Positions 17,311 through 25,392 of a DNA stretch of 30,991 bases are shown here, in pieces. A model generated the notes under the pieces. It was given only the letters and a program-made list of their open reading frames with translations, ran no database searches and was not told the origin of the DNA. A program made the translations under genes and the position numbers. The stretch lies in the UHGV virus genome UHGV-0237462, one strand, 5' to 3'. Every line of letters begins with the position of its first letter. The stretch's first letter is position 1. The stretch comes from a virus.

Positions 17311-17961
17311 TCAGCGGCTGTCATTGCGCAGTCTGCGCTCCAGCTGCTGTTTGTCTTTTTTCACGCCACAGCGGGGATCAAGCTGTAACGCATGGTTGAG
17401 ATGATTAAGGGCGGAAGCCGGATTGCTTTCACTCAGGACAGCGCCAATCGCTTTATGCAGACGCGCCCGTGACTGGTCCGGCATATCCAGACCGTCTGTC
17501 AGCTCCAGCGTCTGCAACAACAGATCGGTATCAAAGCCGGTGGCGGCAAGCATTGCGCTCTGCGCGGCGTCTGCCATTTCCTCTGCCAGCACGGTCTGCA
17601 CGTTGCGGTTACCCAGCGGCATCACCCAGCCATGACGCAGGGCATGACGCCCGATCTCCAGCGCCCCGGCATAATCTCCGGCATCAATGCGCCACAGCAT
17701 CACGTACATCAGCACGTCATCCTGTTGAGCGCCTCCGGCAGCCAGGACACCCTCTGCCCAGGCGGCGTACTTCGGCAGCAGCTCCACCTTGATTTCCGCT
17801 TTTTTGACCGTGGACTGAACGCCCTTGAGACGGCGGCGGTCTTCCGCCAGTTGCAGCAGCATCAGGTCATAGCCCGATGCGTGGCGAACACTGCCGCCCT
17901 CGCGGGCGGCCTGTTCAGCCTGAACGCGCAGGCGATGCTGCCGTGCGGGACTCAGGCTCAT
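17311..17961 (-). CDS. M: Terminase small subunit gpM
   Basis: 216 aa; P2 gpM-like sequence; synteny N-M-L. Confidence 0.8.
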   Translation of the reverse strand: MSLSPARQHRLRVQAEQAAREGGSVRHASGYDLMLLQLAEDRRRLKGVQSTVKKAEIKVELLPKYAAWAEGVLAAGGAQQDDVLMYVMLWRIDAGDYAGALEIGRHALRHGWVMPLGNRNVQTVLAEEMADAAQSAMLAATGFDTDLLLQTLELTDGLDMPDQSRARLHKAIGAVLSESNPASALNHLNHALQLDPRCGVKKDKQQLERRLRNDSR

Positions 17962-17964
17962 GGA

Positions 17965-19023
17965 TTACGCTCCGGTTTCGGCTGCGGCGGCGCTGAAATC
18001 ACCAATCTGGATGTTTTCCACCAGTGCGGCGCAGCGGTAGTCCTCAACCACATAGGCTTCATTAACGGATTCAAAGTTTTCAATCCGGTCACGTTTCGGG
18101 TTGTCGATAACTGAACGGCGGCGGGTGTCTTCCTGCCAGTAGATGGACAGGTTATCCAGACGGGTGATCAGCAGTGCATTCGGCGGGAAGAACGGCGCAC
18201 GCACGGCCTGCAGGCCACCCATGCGTTTCTGACTGATGATCATATCGGCAGCCAGTTTTTCACTGTTTTCCTGCTCTTTGTTGACCAGTGGGAAATACTT
18301 GTCAGACAACAGTTCACGACCGCAAATCACCACCAGATCGTCATCGTCCTGGTAGACCACGTCGATAAGCTCATTGACGGCATCCATCACCACGGCGTCC
18401 AGGTTGGCATATTCGCCACCTTTCCCGACTTTCACCGCACCCGGTGTGGTTTCACCGCCCGTGGTGGTGCTGCCCATGACGTGATCCGGTGCATCCTCAC
18501 GGATTTTCTGCAGCCAGCCTTTATTCACATCCTGCAGCAGCGGGTTTTCACTACGGTTTGAGGTTTTCGCACGCTTCACGCCGTTAAAGCCGATCATGAT
18601 GCGGTCCAGTGCCTGACGTTTCACGATCGCGTCACGAATACGCACCTGGAAATCCTGAAACTTCGCCCACAGGTCCAGCTTCGCGTAGGTCAGCACCGTG
18701 TCAAAGTTGGTCTGCTCGCATTTGTATTCCACATCGACCATCAGCGTCGGATCGACAGGCTCACGCTCTTTTGCGGTGGTATCAGTGGTTCCGGCAATGG
18801 TGCTGCCAACACCCAGCCCCAGCAGCTGACCAGACTGCTCGGTCACTGGCGTGACGTTAATCAGCGTCAGGAAAGCGGCGGATTGCTGGATCTGGTCTTC
18901 CAGCGTCTGCTGCACAGACGGCTCCACGGTGAACTTGCTGGACAGTTCTTCAACTGCCACACCGTTCAGACGCGCCAGCTGCTGCAGGTAAGCGTTAAAA
19001 GCAAAGCGGGTATTCTTCTTCAT
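17965..19023 (-). CDS. N: Major capsid protein gpN
   Basis: 352 aa; strong resemblance to P2 gpN. Confidence 0.9.
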   Translation of the reverse strand: MKKNTRFAFNAYLQQLARLNGVAVEELSSKFTVEPSVQQTLEDQIQQSAAFLTLINVTPVTEQSGQLLGLGVGSTIAGTTDTTAKEREPVDPTLMVDVEYKCEQTNFDTVLTYAKLDLWAKFQDFQVRIRDAIVKRQALDRIMIGFNGVKRAKTSNRSENPLLQDVNKGWLQKIREDAPDHVMGSTTTGGETTPGAVKVGKGGEYANLDAVVMDAVNELIDVVYQDDDDLVVICGRELLSDKYFPLVNKEQENSEKLAADMIISQKRMGGLQAVRAPFFPPNALLITRLDNLSIYWQEDTRRRSVIDNPKRDRIENFESVNEAYVVEDYRCAALVENIQIGDFSAAAAETGA

Positions 19024-19039
19024 CAGGTTTTGTGCTCCA

Positions 19040-19873
19040 TCAGCAATTGGTCAGAGTGTCAGCGGGGGCGTTACCGCCTGTTGCACGCTGGCGGTAGTCC
19101 TGGCGGCTGTCTTCATGACTCAGCTTATTCACCAGTTCGTTAAAGGCGGTCTGCTGTGCCTGCAGAGCAGTCTCCAGCTCAGACAGACGTTCTTCCTGCT
19201 CAGACAGGGATTTTTCGGTGCGTGCGCTCAGGTTCTGCTGCTCAGTGGCGACCAGCTCCACGGCCTTATGCACATCAGAGAACCGGGCGTCATCGGACTG
19301 CTCTTTTTTGGTGAACAGCGCCGTGACACGGGCAAACAGGGACGGTTTGTCATCCTGGATTTCTTCCAGTTCGATCACCGTTTCCTCTGCAGCGGTAAAG
19401 AGATTGGCAGGATTCTGCTTGCGGTTTGCCAGCGGGTTATGGGCTGCACTGGCGCTGAATGTCAGCATTTCAGTGCCCAGACTGGCAGGGTCATCAGTGG
19501 CAGCCAGGCCGACCAGGTAGGCTTTGCCCGTATCAGCGAACTTCGGGCTGACTTCCATAGAGGTGAATAATTTCTGGCCTTTTTTCACCAGCTCCACCAG
19601 GGACTCCGTTGGCTCAACGTCGGCATACAGCGCCATCTTGCCTGCCAGCGGACCTTCCGTGATTTCTTCAGCAAACAGCGCCGTCACCTTGCCGTAGCGG
19701 TTAAAGGTGCTGTCCGGCAGATAAGACTTGATGTGCTCAAGGTTAATCAGCGCGGTGTACACCGTCGGGTTGTAGCTGGCTGCCATCTGTTCCAGCCATT
19801 CACGCTGGATTTCGCGTCCGTCGGTGGTGGCACCTTCCACCCCGATGCGAAAACGCTTTGCTTTCACTGTCAT
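19040..19873 (-). CDS. O: Capsid scaffolding protein gpO
   Basis: 277 aa; synteny O-N; divergent from P. Confidence 0.85.
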   Translation of the reverse strand: MTVKAKRFRIGVEGATTDGREIQREWLEQMAASYNPTVYTALINLEHIKSYLPDSTFNRYGKVTALFAEEITEGPLAGKMALYADVEPTESLVELVKKGQKLFTSMEVSPKFADTGKAYLVGLAATDDPASLGTEMLTFSASAAHNPLANRKQNPANLFTAAEETVIELEEIQDDKPSLFARVTALFTKKEQSDDARFSDVHKAVELVATEQQNLSARTEKSLSEQEERLSELETALQAQQTAFNELVNKLSHEDSRQDYRQRATGGNAPADTLTNC

Positions 19874-19951
19874 GAGCCGTGCTCCGTTAGAAAAAACTTA
19901 CTGGAGCCTTATGGTTGCGGTGATGGGGGCAGTGAAACAATGCGCGGTATT

Positions 19952-19969
19952 TGTACCGACAACCACACA
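19952..19969. promoter_or_regulatory. TGT-N12-ACA dyad in the O-P divergent intergenic region; candidate late promoter activator site
   Basis: TGT at 19952-19954, ACA at 19967-19969; centre 55.5 bp from the P ATG and about 87 bp from the O ATG. Confidence 0.45.
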
Positions 19970-20015
19970 AACCGCAGGCGGGGAAAGCCTTCATTCAAGG
20001 CTGTAGGTTTGTGCC

Positions 20016-21782
20016 ATGAACACCACACTGACACCCGCAGATCTCGATCCCCGTCGGCAAGCCATGCTGCTGTACTTTCAGGGATACCGCGTAGCCCGCA
20101 TTGCTGAAATGCTGGGCGAGAAAGTTGCAACCGTTCACAGCTGGAAAAAACGCGACAAGTGGGGTGACTATGGGCCGCTGGATCAGATGCAGCTCACCAC
20201 CGCCGCACGTTACTGCCAGCTCATTATGAAGGAGCACAAAGAAGGGAAAGATTTCAAAGAAATTGATCTGCTGGCGCGCCAGTCGGAGCGCCACGCGCGG
20301 ATCGGCAAGTTTAACAATGGCGGCAACGAAGCCGATTTAAACCCTAACGTCGCCAACCGCAACAAAGGCCCGCGCCGTCAGCCTGAAAAGAATGTTTTCA
20401 CCGATGAACAGATTGAGAAGCTGGAAGAAATCTTCCATTCCTCCATGTTCAACTACCAGCGTCACTGGTGGGAAGCCGGAAAAACCAACCGCATCCGCAA
20501 CCTGCTGAAGTCACGCCAGATCGGCGCAACCTTCTATTTTGCCCGTGAAGCCCTGATTGACGCCCTGCTAACCGGACGTAACCAGATTTTCCTTTCTGCC
20601 AGTAAGGCACAGGCGCACGTCTTTAAGCAGTACATCATCGACTTCGCCAAAGAAGTGGATGTGGAGCTGAAAGGCGATCCGATGGTGCTTCCCAACGGGG
20701 CCACACTGTATTTCCTCGGCACCAATGCCCGCACTGCCCAGAGTTACCACGGTAACCTGTATCTGGATGAATATTTCTGGATACCGAAATTCCAGGAGCT
20801 GCGCAAAGTGGCATCCGGTATGGCTATTCACAAAAAATGGCGACAAACCTATTTTTCCACGCCATCCAGCCTGACACACAGTGCTTATCCGTTCTGGTCC
20901 GGTGCGCTGTTCAACCGTGGGCGCAACAAAGCCGATAAGGTGGACATCGACCTGTCCCACAACAATCTGGCCCCCGGCCTGCTGTGCGCAGACGGGCAAT
21001 ACCGCCAGATAGTCACCGTGGAAGATGCGGTGCGCGGCGGATGTAACCTGTTCGATCTCGACCAGTTGCGCATGGAGTACAGCCCGGACGAATACCAGAA
21101 CCTGCTGATGTGCGAGTTCGTGGACGATCTCGCGTCCGTGTTCCCGCTCAGCGAACTGCAGGCGTGCATGGTGGACAGCTGGGAAGTCTGGACCGACTTT
21201 CATGCACTGGCCCTGCGCCCGTTTGGCTGGCGCGAAGTGTGGATCGGTTATGACCCGGCAAAAGGTACGCAGAACGGCGACAGTGCCGGATGCGTGGTGG
21301 TGGCTCCGCCAGCCGTGCCGGGTGGTAAGTTCCGCATTCTTGAGCGTCACCAGTGGCGCGGGATGGACTTCCGCGCCCAGGCTGACGCCATCAAAAAACT
21401 GACCGAACAGTATAACGTGACCTATATCGGTATCGACTCGACCGGCGTCGGTCACGGGGTTTACGAGAACGTGAAAGCGTTTTTTCCTGCCGTCAGGGAG
21501 TTTGTCTATAACCCCAACATTAAAAACGCCCTGGTACTCAAGGCCTACGACATTATCAGCCACCGCCGTCTGGAGTTTGACGCCGGGCACACCGACATTG
21601 CGCAGTCATTTATGGCAATCCGTCGCGCTACCACTGCCAGTGGCAACCGCCCGACCTATGAAGCCAGCCGCAGCGAAGAAGCCAGCCATGCCGATCTGGC
21701 CTGGGCAACAATGCACGCACTGTTTAACGAACCGCTGCAGGGCGAGTCCGCCAATACCAGCAATATTGTGGAGATTTTTTGA
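20016..21782 (+). CDS. P: Terminase large subunit (ATPase/nuclease) gpP
   Basis: 588 aa; P2 gpP-like; divergent from O. Confidence 0.9.
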   Translation: MNTTLTPADLDPRRQAMLLYFQGYRVARIAEMLGEKVATVHSWKKRDKWGDYGPLDQMQLTTAARYCQLIMKEHKEGKDFKEIDLLARQSERHARIGKFNNGGNEADLNPNVANRNKGPRRQPEKNVFTDEQIEKLEEIFHSSMFNYQRHWWEAGKTNRIRNLLKSRQIGATFYFAREALIDALLTGRNQIFLSASKAQAHVFKQYIIDFAKEVDVELKGDPMVLPNGATLYFLGTNARTAQSYHGNLYLDEYFWIPKFQELRKVASGMAIHKKWRQTYFSTPSSLTHSAYPFWSGALFNRGRNKADKVDIDLSHNNLAPGLLCADGQYRQIVTVEDAVRGGCNLFDLDQLRMEYSPDEYQNLLMCEFVDDLASVFPLSELQACMVDSWEVWTDFHALALRPFGWREVWIGYDPAKGTQNGDSAGCVVVAPPAVPGGKFRILERHQWRGMDFRAQADAIKKLTEQYNVTYIGIDSTGVGHGVYENVKAFFPAVREFVYNPNIKNALVLKAYDIISHRRLEFDAGHTDIAQSFMAIRRATTASGNRPTYEASRSEEASHADLAWATMHALFNEPLQGESANTSNIVEIF

Positions 21783-22816
21783 TGGGAAAGAGTAAGAAGA
21801 ACCGCGCTGCGTCGACGAAACAGATCCAGCATAAAGGCCAGACTTCAGCCGAAGCATTCAGCTTCGGTGATCCCGTTCCTGTTCTGGACCGCCGCGAACT
21901 GCTGGACTATGTGGAATGCGTACAGATGGATCGTTGGTATGAGCCGCCTGTGAGTTTCGACGGACTGGCGCGAACCTTCCGCGCCGCCGTGCATCACAGC
22001 TCACCGATTGCAGTGAAGTGCAACATTCTAACCAGCACCTACATCCCTCACCCGCTGCTCAGCCAGCAGGCTTTTTCGCGTTTTGTACAGGACTATCTGG
22101 TTTTTGGTAACGCCTACCTGGAGAAACGCACTAACCGCTTCGGTGAAGTTATCGCCCTTGAGCCTGCACTGGCAAAATACACCCGACGCGGGTTAGACCT
22201 GGATACCTACTGGTTTGTGCAATACGGCATGACTACGCAGCCGTATCAGTTCACGAAAGGCAACATTTTTCATCTGATGGAACCGGACATCAACCAGGAG
22301 ATCTACGGCCTGCCCGGTTATCTTTCTGCCATTCCGTCAGCTCTGCTCAACGAGTCCGCCACGCTGTTCCGCCGCAAGTATTACATTAACGGCAGTCATG
22401 CAGGCTTCATCATGTACATGACCGATGCAGCGCAGAACCAGGAGGATGTGAACAACCTCCGCAATGCGATGAAAAGCGCCAAAGGTCCTGGTAACTTCCG
22501 TAACCTGTTTATGTACTCGCCTAACGGTAAAAAGGACGGGCTTCAGATTATCCCGTTGTCAGAAGTGGCGGCGAAGGATGAGTTCCTGAATATCAAGAAC
22601 GTGAGCCGGGACGACATGATGGCGGCGCATCGTGTGCCGCCACAAATGATGGGGATAATGCCTAATAATGTCGGGGGGTTTGGGGATGTGGAGAAGGCCA
22701 GTCGCGTATTTGTACGTAATGAATTAACGCCCTTGCAAAAAAGGCTACAAGAGCTGAACGACTGGCTGGGCGAAGAAGTGATTAAATTTACGCCCTATAT
22801 TCTTTCAGAAGAATAA
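21782..22816 (+). CDS. Q: Portal protein gpQ
   Basis: ATG at 21782 overlapping the P stop (TGATG); 344 aa from this start. Confidence 0.9.
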   Translation: MGKSKKNRAASTKQIQHKGQTSAEAFSFGDPVPVLDRRELLDYVECVQMDRWYEPPVSFDGLARTFRAAVHHSSPIAVKCNILTSTYIPHPLLSQQAFSRFVQDYLVFGNAYLEKRTNRFGEVIALEPALAKYTRRGLDLDTYWFVQYGMTTQPYQFTKGNIFHLMEPDINQEIYGLPGYLSAIPSALLNESATLFRRKYYINGSHAGFIMYMTDAAQNQEDVNNLRNAMKSAKGPGNFRNLFMYSPNGKKDGLQIIPLSEVAAKDEFLNIKNVSRDDMMAAHRVPPQMMGIMPNNVGGFGDVEKASRVFVRNELTPLQKRLQELNDWLGEEVIKFTPYILSEE

Positions 22817-22824
22817 TTCCGAAC

Positions 22825-23523
22825 TTATTTGTTTCTTCTTTGTTCACGCCTTGTCTTGGCTTCGATAAGGCGTTGAGGTTCAGTGTAAAGCCGTTCTAAA
22901 AAAAGATAGGTAAAATCTTCAAGATCCTCAGCAGCAGCTTTATCCAAAATACCTTCATGCGCTCCATCATTTCCGTCATCTTTAACGCATTCAGCTAGTT
23001 CCCTTAAAGCTTCAGGCAGTAGATGATTATCAAATAACCACTCCATTCTTAACCCTAGGCTTCTCCTTATTTTTTGCGCAGGCCCTTGCTCCCCATCAGG
23101 AAGAAGTCCTTTTGTGGCATAATCAAGGCAAAGCCTAAACATGGTTGCTGCTGCATTATAACAACCTATAGCCAAACATTTCGCCCCTTCCTCATATGCA
23201 CTATTGATATGCTCAGGTAAGAACTCTGGTGGCTCCTCTACTGCTAAGTCTGCCGGTGATATAGGTCTAACAACCTCTGCAACTTCCTTTAAGCCGAATA
23301 TTCCACTTTCCCAATTATAGCCATCTAAAGTTTTATTTTTCGTTAAAGGTCTGCAAAGAAAAATTGTCGTTTTATGACACTCTCGGCAAACACAATAGAC
23401 CTCGTACTCGTATGTTTTACCCCCGCCCAATGCATTGTAAACCCTAGTGCAATTCAGCCCATTAACATCAAACGCTATTTTTTGTGATCCACATCGTGGA
23501 CAGTCATCCACTAACATAACCAT
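22825..23523 (-). CDS. Cargo protein: N-terminal zinc ribbon plus C-terminal helical domain resembling DUF4145 (possible HEPN-like effector), 232 aa
   Basis: ATG at 23523 with GGGAGGAG 8 nt upstream; CPRC ... CVCREC four-Cys ribbon; C-terminal half shows the pattern I associate with DUF4145 (..GNDGAHEG.. flanked by amphipathic helices); sits between cos and the 3' end of Q, converging on Q with an 8-bp gap. Confidence 0.65.
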   Translation of the reverse strand: MVMLVDDCPRCGSQKIAFDVNGLNCTRVYNALGGGKTYEYEVYCVCRECHKTTIFLCRPLTKNKTLDGYNWESGIFGLKEVAEVVRPISPADLAVEEPPEFLPEHINSAYEEGAKCLAIGCYNAAATMFRLCLDYATKGLLPDGEQGPAQKIRRSLGLRMEWLFDNHLLPEALRELAECVKDDGNDGAHEGILDKAAAEDLEDFTYLFLERLYTEPQRLIEAKTRREQRRNK

Positions 23524-23633
23524 GTCAATTACTCCTCCCTATGAAAAAAATGAGTTGAAAAATTGAATATTCACGACTTAAAAAGCTAGCCTATTTAACA
23601 CCATAATTTCATTAATTCAACCATGAGCGCGCG

Positions 23634-23652
23634 CTCGTATCCCCGCCACGCC
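23634..23652 (-). other. Probable cos site (19-nt cohesive end region)
   Basis: Minus-strand GGCGTGGCGGGGATACGAG followed by CGCGCGCTCATGG resembles my recollection of the P2 and 186 cohesive ends (GGCG.GGCGGGGA.. then .GCGCGCT.A.GG); location between A-side genes and Q is as expected. Confidence 0.5.
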
Positions 23653-23693
23653 TGCCCGCTTTATGTAGCGGTTTTCATGCGCCTGCATGACAT

Positions 23694-23721
23694 AAGCAAA
23701 AGCCCGCCACTCCTGGCGGGC
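23694..23721 (-). terminator. Rho-independent terminator ending the right-arm transcript just before cos
   Basis: Stem GCCCGCCA (23702-23709) / TGGCGGGC (23714-23721), loop CTCC; on the minus strand followed by TTTTGCTT. Confidence 0.6.
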
Positions 23722-23812
23722 CTCAGCTAAAACGATCCTCAAACGATCATGCGGATTCATGCGGCATAGACATGCACAATCTCCAAAGCGGGCATCGAGA
23801 CTTTTTGGAAAC

Positions 23813-24424
23813 CTACGTAACCACAGTTAATGTGTGCATCCTGTCTCGAATTGCATCACACGTCTCATCAAAAAGCTTGGTGATGGTTGTACGGTTCAAC
23901 TCCGCCTCTTTCCAATAATTTTGCCCGTCAAATTCTGGATCGCTATGCTTAAACGATATTGACTCTGAAAGGCATTCCTTCCGGAAACGGTCCAAGATTA
24001 TATAAACCTCTGGTGAGATGAACGGTTTGTTAGATTCAACACTTGTAACAAAAGTATTAAATGCATCAAAAAAAACTTTCAACCTTCTAAATTTTCTCTC
24101 TTCAAATGGTTCGTTGGGGTCAACATGATCCAGCGCAGGCCTCAGCTTAAGCACGCTTTCTCTGGTTTCAAACATCGAATTCCAAATGAGACTATATGCT
24201 GATAACTCCTTATCAAAATACGCTTTCGTTACATAAACAGAATTGTCTAACTTAGCCTTTATTCTTTCATTAGTTGCACTCAGTTGTGATTGAAATTCAG
24301 CAATATCTTTGTTTAGCCGCGACTTATATCTTTCTAAATAAACTTTCCCGATCCAAACAAATATGCTAGATGCAACAAAAGACACCCCACCCAACGAAGC
24401 CAGAACTTTAAAGACTAAATCCAT
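23813..24424 (-). CDS. AT-rich cargo protein, N-terminal TM anchor plus soluble helical domain, 203 aa
   Basis: ATG at 24424 with GGTGGGGG upstream; hydrophobic N-terminus (VLASLGGVSFVASSIFVWIG); own consensus -10 upstream and terminator downstream; visibly AT-rich. Confidence 0.65.
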   Translation of the reverse strand: MDLVFKVLASLGGVSFVASSIFVWIGKVYLERYKSRLNKDIAEFQSQLSATNERIKAKLDNSVYVTKAYFDKELSAYSLIWNSMFETRESVLKLRPALDHVDPNEPFEERKFRRLKVFFDAFNTFVTSVESNKPFISPEVYIILDRFRKECLSESISFKHSDPEFDGQNYWKEAELNRTTITKLFDETCDAIRDRMHTLTVVT

Positions 24425-24453
24425 TGCGCCCCCACCTGCAAAAATAGTATTCC

Positions 24454-24459
24454 ATTATA
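24454..24459 (-). promoter_or_regulatory. Consensus -10 hexamer TATAAT for the 203-aa cargo gene
   Basis: Minus strand TTGATT-15 bp-TATAAT about 30 nt upstream of the ATG; the spacer is shorter than optimal. Confidence 0.35.
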
Positions 24460-24472
24460 AGCTAATACATTT

Positions 24473-24733
24473 TTAATCAAACAGGGGATAATTCGCGTCA
24501 ACCTCATCACTTCTCTGCTCTACCCTAGTGACTTCCATCAAAAACCCCAGGCCGTCATATAGCGAAACGGGGAATTCCAGCTCAAGCCAGAAGCAGTCTT
24601 CATAGATGCGGCCCAACCAAAAACCTCCGCCACACTCCTTTGGGCGTTGAAAGAAGACCCAGTCGCCAAGGGTTAAACGTTCCAGCACCTGGCCCCGATA
24701 AATAATCTGGTGATTACTGTCTTTTTTACCCAT
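24473..24733 (-). CDS. Hypothetical protein (86 aa from the ATG at 24733)
   Basis: The ORF-track start is TTG; the internal ATG with GAGG 8 nt upstream is preferred; no recognisable motif. Confidence 0.5.
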   Translation of the reverse strand: MGKKDSNHQIIYRGQVLERLTLGDWVFFQRPKECGGGFWLGRIYEDCFWLELEFPVSLYDGLGFLMEVTRVEQRSDEVDANYPLFD

Positions 24734-24806
24734 GGCTAACGCCTCGCTACTCTCGTTGTTCAACCTTGCTGACGTCAGATTCAAGTTCTTACATCAGGAA
24801 CGTTCC

Positions 24807-25040
24807 TTAGTGCAGCCAGCTGTCGTCTTCCCAAACCTGTTGCATAATTTCCATCACCCGCTTTTTGTCTTCATCAAGCTTTAAGCCACTCAGCTCAACG
24901 CCGTTTGCCGACCCTTTACGGATGCGGATAGCGGTCTTGGGATAGATGGGTTGCAGGTTGCGGTAAAGCTCGGACTCCAGAGCGTCTAAGGTAGACTGGC
25001 TAATCTTCTGCTCTTTATCGATCATTATTTCAATGCGCAT
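24807..25040 (-). CDS. DinI-family protein (77 aa); likely the C-terminal module of a Tum-like SOS antirepressor
   Basis: MRIEIMIDKEQKISQSTLDALESELYRNLQ...WEDDSW aligns along its length with E. coli DinI as I recall it. Confidence 0.7.
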   Translation of the reverse strand: MRIEIMIDKEQKISQSTLDALESELYRNLQPIYPKTAIRIRKGSANGVELSGLKLDEDKKRVMEIMQQVWEDDSWLH

Positions 25041-25050
25041 AAAAGTCACC

Positions 25051-25239
25051 TCAGCTGATGACATCCATTGAGCGGTTGTATTCGTGGCTTCTGATTTTTG
25101 CCATGAGTTCATCAGTCAATTCAGAAACCCACTGCAGGGCCAGCCCCTTCTCTTCATCACTACACTCACTAGCCGCTACAAGCTTAAGAAAAAAATCAAT
25201 GCGCTGGAGCTTCAAAGACTCCAAAAAATAGTCCTGCAT
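25051..25239 (-). CDS. Small protein (62 aa) immediately downstream of the LexA box; possible N-terminal part of a split Tum-like antirepressor
   Basis: ATG at 25239 with GGAGG 4 nt upstream; the stop lies 11 nt before the DinI-like start. Confidence 0.5.
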   Translation of the reverse strand: MQDYFLESLKLQRIDFFLKLVAASECSDEEKGLALQWVSELTDELMAKIRSHEYNRSMDVIS

Positions 25240-25280
25240 CTTTCCTCCTATGACACCGCAAACAATACTGTATAGATAAC

Positions 25281-25300
25281 CACTGTTTATATTTACAGTA
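25281..25300. promoter_or_regulatory. LexA (SOS) box
   Basis: CACTGTTTATATTTACAGTA contains CTGT-N8-ACAG with an AT-rich spacer; centred about 51 bp upstream of the 62-aa ORF. Confidence 0.65.
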
Positions 25301-25392
25301 TATAATAATCTTACTGATGTAAAACGTTTTTTTACGTTCATCAGCCTGATATGCCTGGTATTATTAAGAGCACGAATTGTTAACCCGCGTAA

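Noticed and set aside
20010-20027. Second TGT-N12-ACA match overlapping the P start codon
   Set aside because: It lies inside the P coding start and cannot serve as an upstream activator site for P; the motif is short enough to occur by chance
20568-21590. 340-aa minus-strand ORF inside terminase gene P
   Set aside because: Antisense to the P2 gpP homologue; no plausible start context
25240-25341. N-terminal extension of the 96-aa ORF (start at 25341) reading through the LexA box
   Set aside because: The extension would place the SOS operator and promoter inside the coding sequence; the internal ATG at 25239 has a GGAGG RBS
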